This document shows, one piece after another, positions 62,306 to 64,000 of a stretch of 64,000 nt of DNA. The position numbers and the translations under genes were made by a program. The notes beneath the pieces were generated by a model. It ran no database searches. It was not told where the DNA came from and saw only the letters and a program-made list of their open reading frames with translations. How positions within the stretch are numbered: the stretch's first letter is position 1; the number at the start of each line of letters is the position of its first letter. Origin of the DNA: Squalus acanthias (lineage: Eukaryota); contig JASTWF010000036.1 of assembly GCA_030390025.1 (NCBI GenBank), positions 930,001 to 994,000 of the forward strand. The letters run 5' to 3'.

Positions 62306-63079
62306 TTTCCTTGGCACGGTGACTTTCCCAGCGTGGGAATTCATTCCCCTCAGCCCCGCCCGCTCTGACATCAGGAGCCATGTTTGGGACGGGCGGAAAC
62401 ATGCCACCTCACCTGGGACCTGATGTATCTGGGTCCTGGCTGATTTGCCTGTGGCCACACTACCCTCCTGGACGGCTTGGGCCAGGAGTGCACAACTGGC
62501 CCTGTGGACATTCAGGACTTTAAAAGCAGCTGCAATTACAAAAAGCAAACCCATGATTTTGATACATAGGTTGAGATTTTGCTTCAAACTGGTTTTGAGC
62601 TGTCGGCTTGAGGGGAGGGATCAAGCCGGTTTTGAACAAACACAGAAAGACGCCTGGATTTTCCTAAAAAAAAACCACCCTTTTTTGAGTAGTGTAGAGG
62701 TGAAAATGCCCTCTGCCCAAACGCTACCACTAAAAATGGCCAATTGTGACTCCCTCCCGTGGTTCAGTTGTGATCCTGATCCACCTTTCGGAAGCGCACC
62801 CATTGAGATAAAACGAAGAGCACGGCCAATTGGCCCCCCAATATTTCCCTGCGTTTCCGCTCAGTTACCACCTCTTGAAATCACCGCCACTTGTAAAGGT
62901 GGGGGTGCTGAGCACAGGCGGGATGGGATTGGGAAGGTGAAAGGTCACAGGCGAGCGATTCTGCAACACTGTTTTGGTTGGCATTCACTTCCACTACTTG
63001 CAAGCTGCATGTTTCTGCGCATTTCAAGGGAACTTTTGTGAAACTTGCTGAAAATTCAAAGGGAGCGCTGGTGGCTGAA

Positions 63080-63410
63080 ATCATGGGCTTCGTTCTTGCG
63101 CTTTGAGGAAGAGGATGGTGACGCCATGGTGGAGCAAGGAAATGGCGGAAGGAAGGCGAGTGTGGCAATAAACATGAAGGCAACACCCGACCCACAGCTA
63201 GCCACAACCTACAGACTACAGAGGTCCTATCTGGATTTTCCCTTTCAGCAGTATGAGACAGTTTTCCCCCTGACACAGTGACAGAGGTACAGCAGCTGTT
63301 GGAACCTGACCTGCAGCCTCTTTCCATCGCCTTGTCTGTGGAGTAACACCAGCACCTAACTTATTTGCATCCAGGTGCTTCCAGGTGGCCTCTGGTGACA
63401 TTAGGATGAA
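63080..63410 (+). pseudogene. Decayed Harbinger transposase N-terminal region
   Basis: YRLQRSYLDF...TVTEVQQLLEPDLQP...FASRCFQVASGDI parallels 35081-35390. Confidence 0.6.
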
Positions 63411-63911
63411 GGTAGCACTCGCCTCAGTGAAGCTGATGACCCCTGAAGGACTTGCTTCTGGTCTCACGTTGCTTGTGCGTCCAATGCCTATTGGACCCAG
63501 ACCAGATGGGCCCTCCTGTGTGGCTGTGCAAGGAGCTCCACTCATGCAGGTGCATTATCACTGCCCTGAGAAGCAGTGACATCGGAACTGCCTCATGAAG
63601 CCCAGCAGTGTTGGAGACGGGCTAAATCGGGCTAGTGGTCTGCGTGAGAGCAGGTCGAATAATCCCAATTAATTCCTGAAAGCCCTGAGCTAGGGTGCTC
63701 TTCAAGGCATCTATGGAACCAGCCACTGTTTCCACTGCAGAAGCAACAACTTTCCTTCGAACTTATCCCTGATGACTTGAGGTTGCACTGATCTCCTGGA
63801 CTGAAAATCGGGCGGGGTTAAAATGGGCTGCCAATTCGCTAATGCCCGTTTTGCACTGCTGCCAAAGTCAGATTTCACCCCAATCAGTTTTGAGCGATGT
63901 TGGTTGAGGTT

Positions 63912-64000
63912 GAGAGAAGGTTGTTGGTTTAAGTCCCACTCCAGAGACTTGAGCACAAAAATCTAGGCTGACACTTCAGTGCAGTGCTGAGGGAGTGCTG
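63912..64000 (+). mobile_element. SacSINE1-like 5' part (runs off the window)
   Basis: AAGTCCCACTCCAGAGACTTGAGCAC. Confidence 0.88.

Overview
Vertebrate DNA, almost certainly from a shark or other cartilaginous fish, judged from SacSINE1/DeuSINE-type and HE1-type SINEs plus HER1-like CR1 LINEs. It appears to be intronic or intergenic: I found no host protein-coding gene. The window is dominated by transposable elements. Retroelements: CR1 LINEs (two young, ~99%-identical 5'-truncated copies with open RT frames), L2, RTE, a second CR1/Jockey-group LINE, three SINE families each sharing a tail with a LINE present here, and Penelope-like fragments with minimal hammerhead-ribozyme motifs. DNA transposons: many PIF/Harbinger-type MITEs plus decayed Harbinger transposase and Myb/SANT genes. 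There are also three tandem arrays. The most unusual signals are: (i) several TIR families carry clustered perfect 5' splice-site/U1 motifs (AGGTRAGT) together with promoter motifs, and the consensus is kept between diverged copies; (ii) hammerhead-bearing and perfect-hairpin Penelope mini-insertions with clean TSDs; (iii) a G-rich minisatellite born inside an L2, with higher-order structure and a SINE insertion; (iv) a shared semi-palindromic target-site preference of the MITEs. Family names come from recognition, not from a database search, and the boundaries of decayed elements are approximate.
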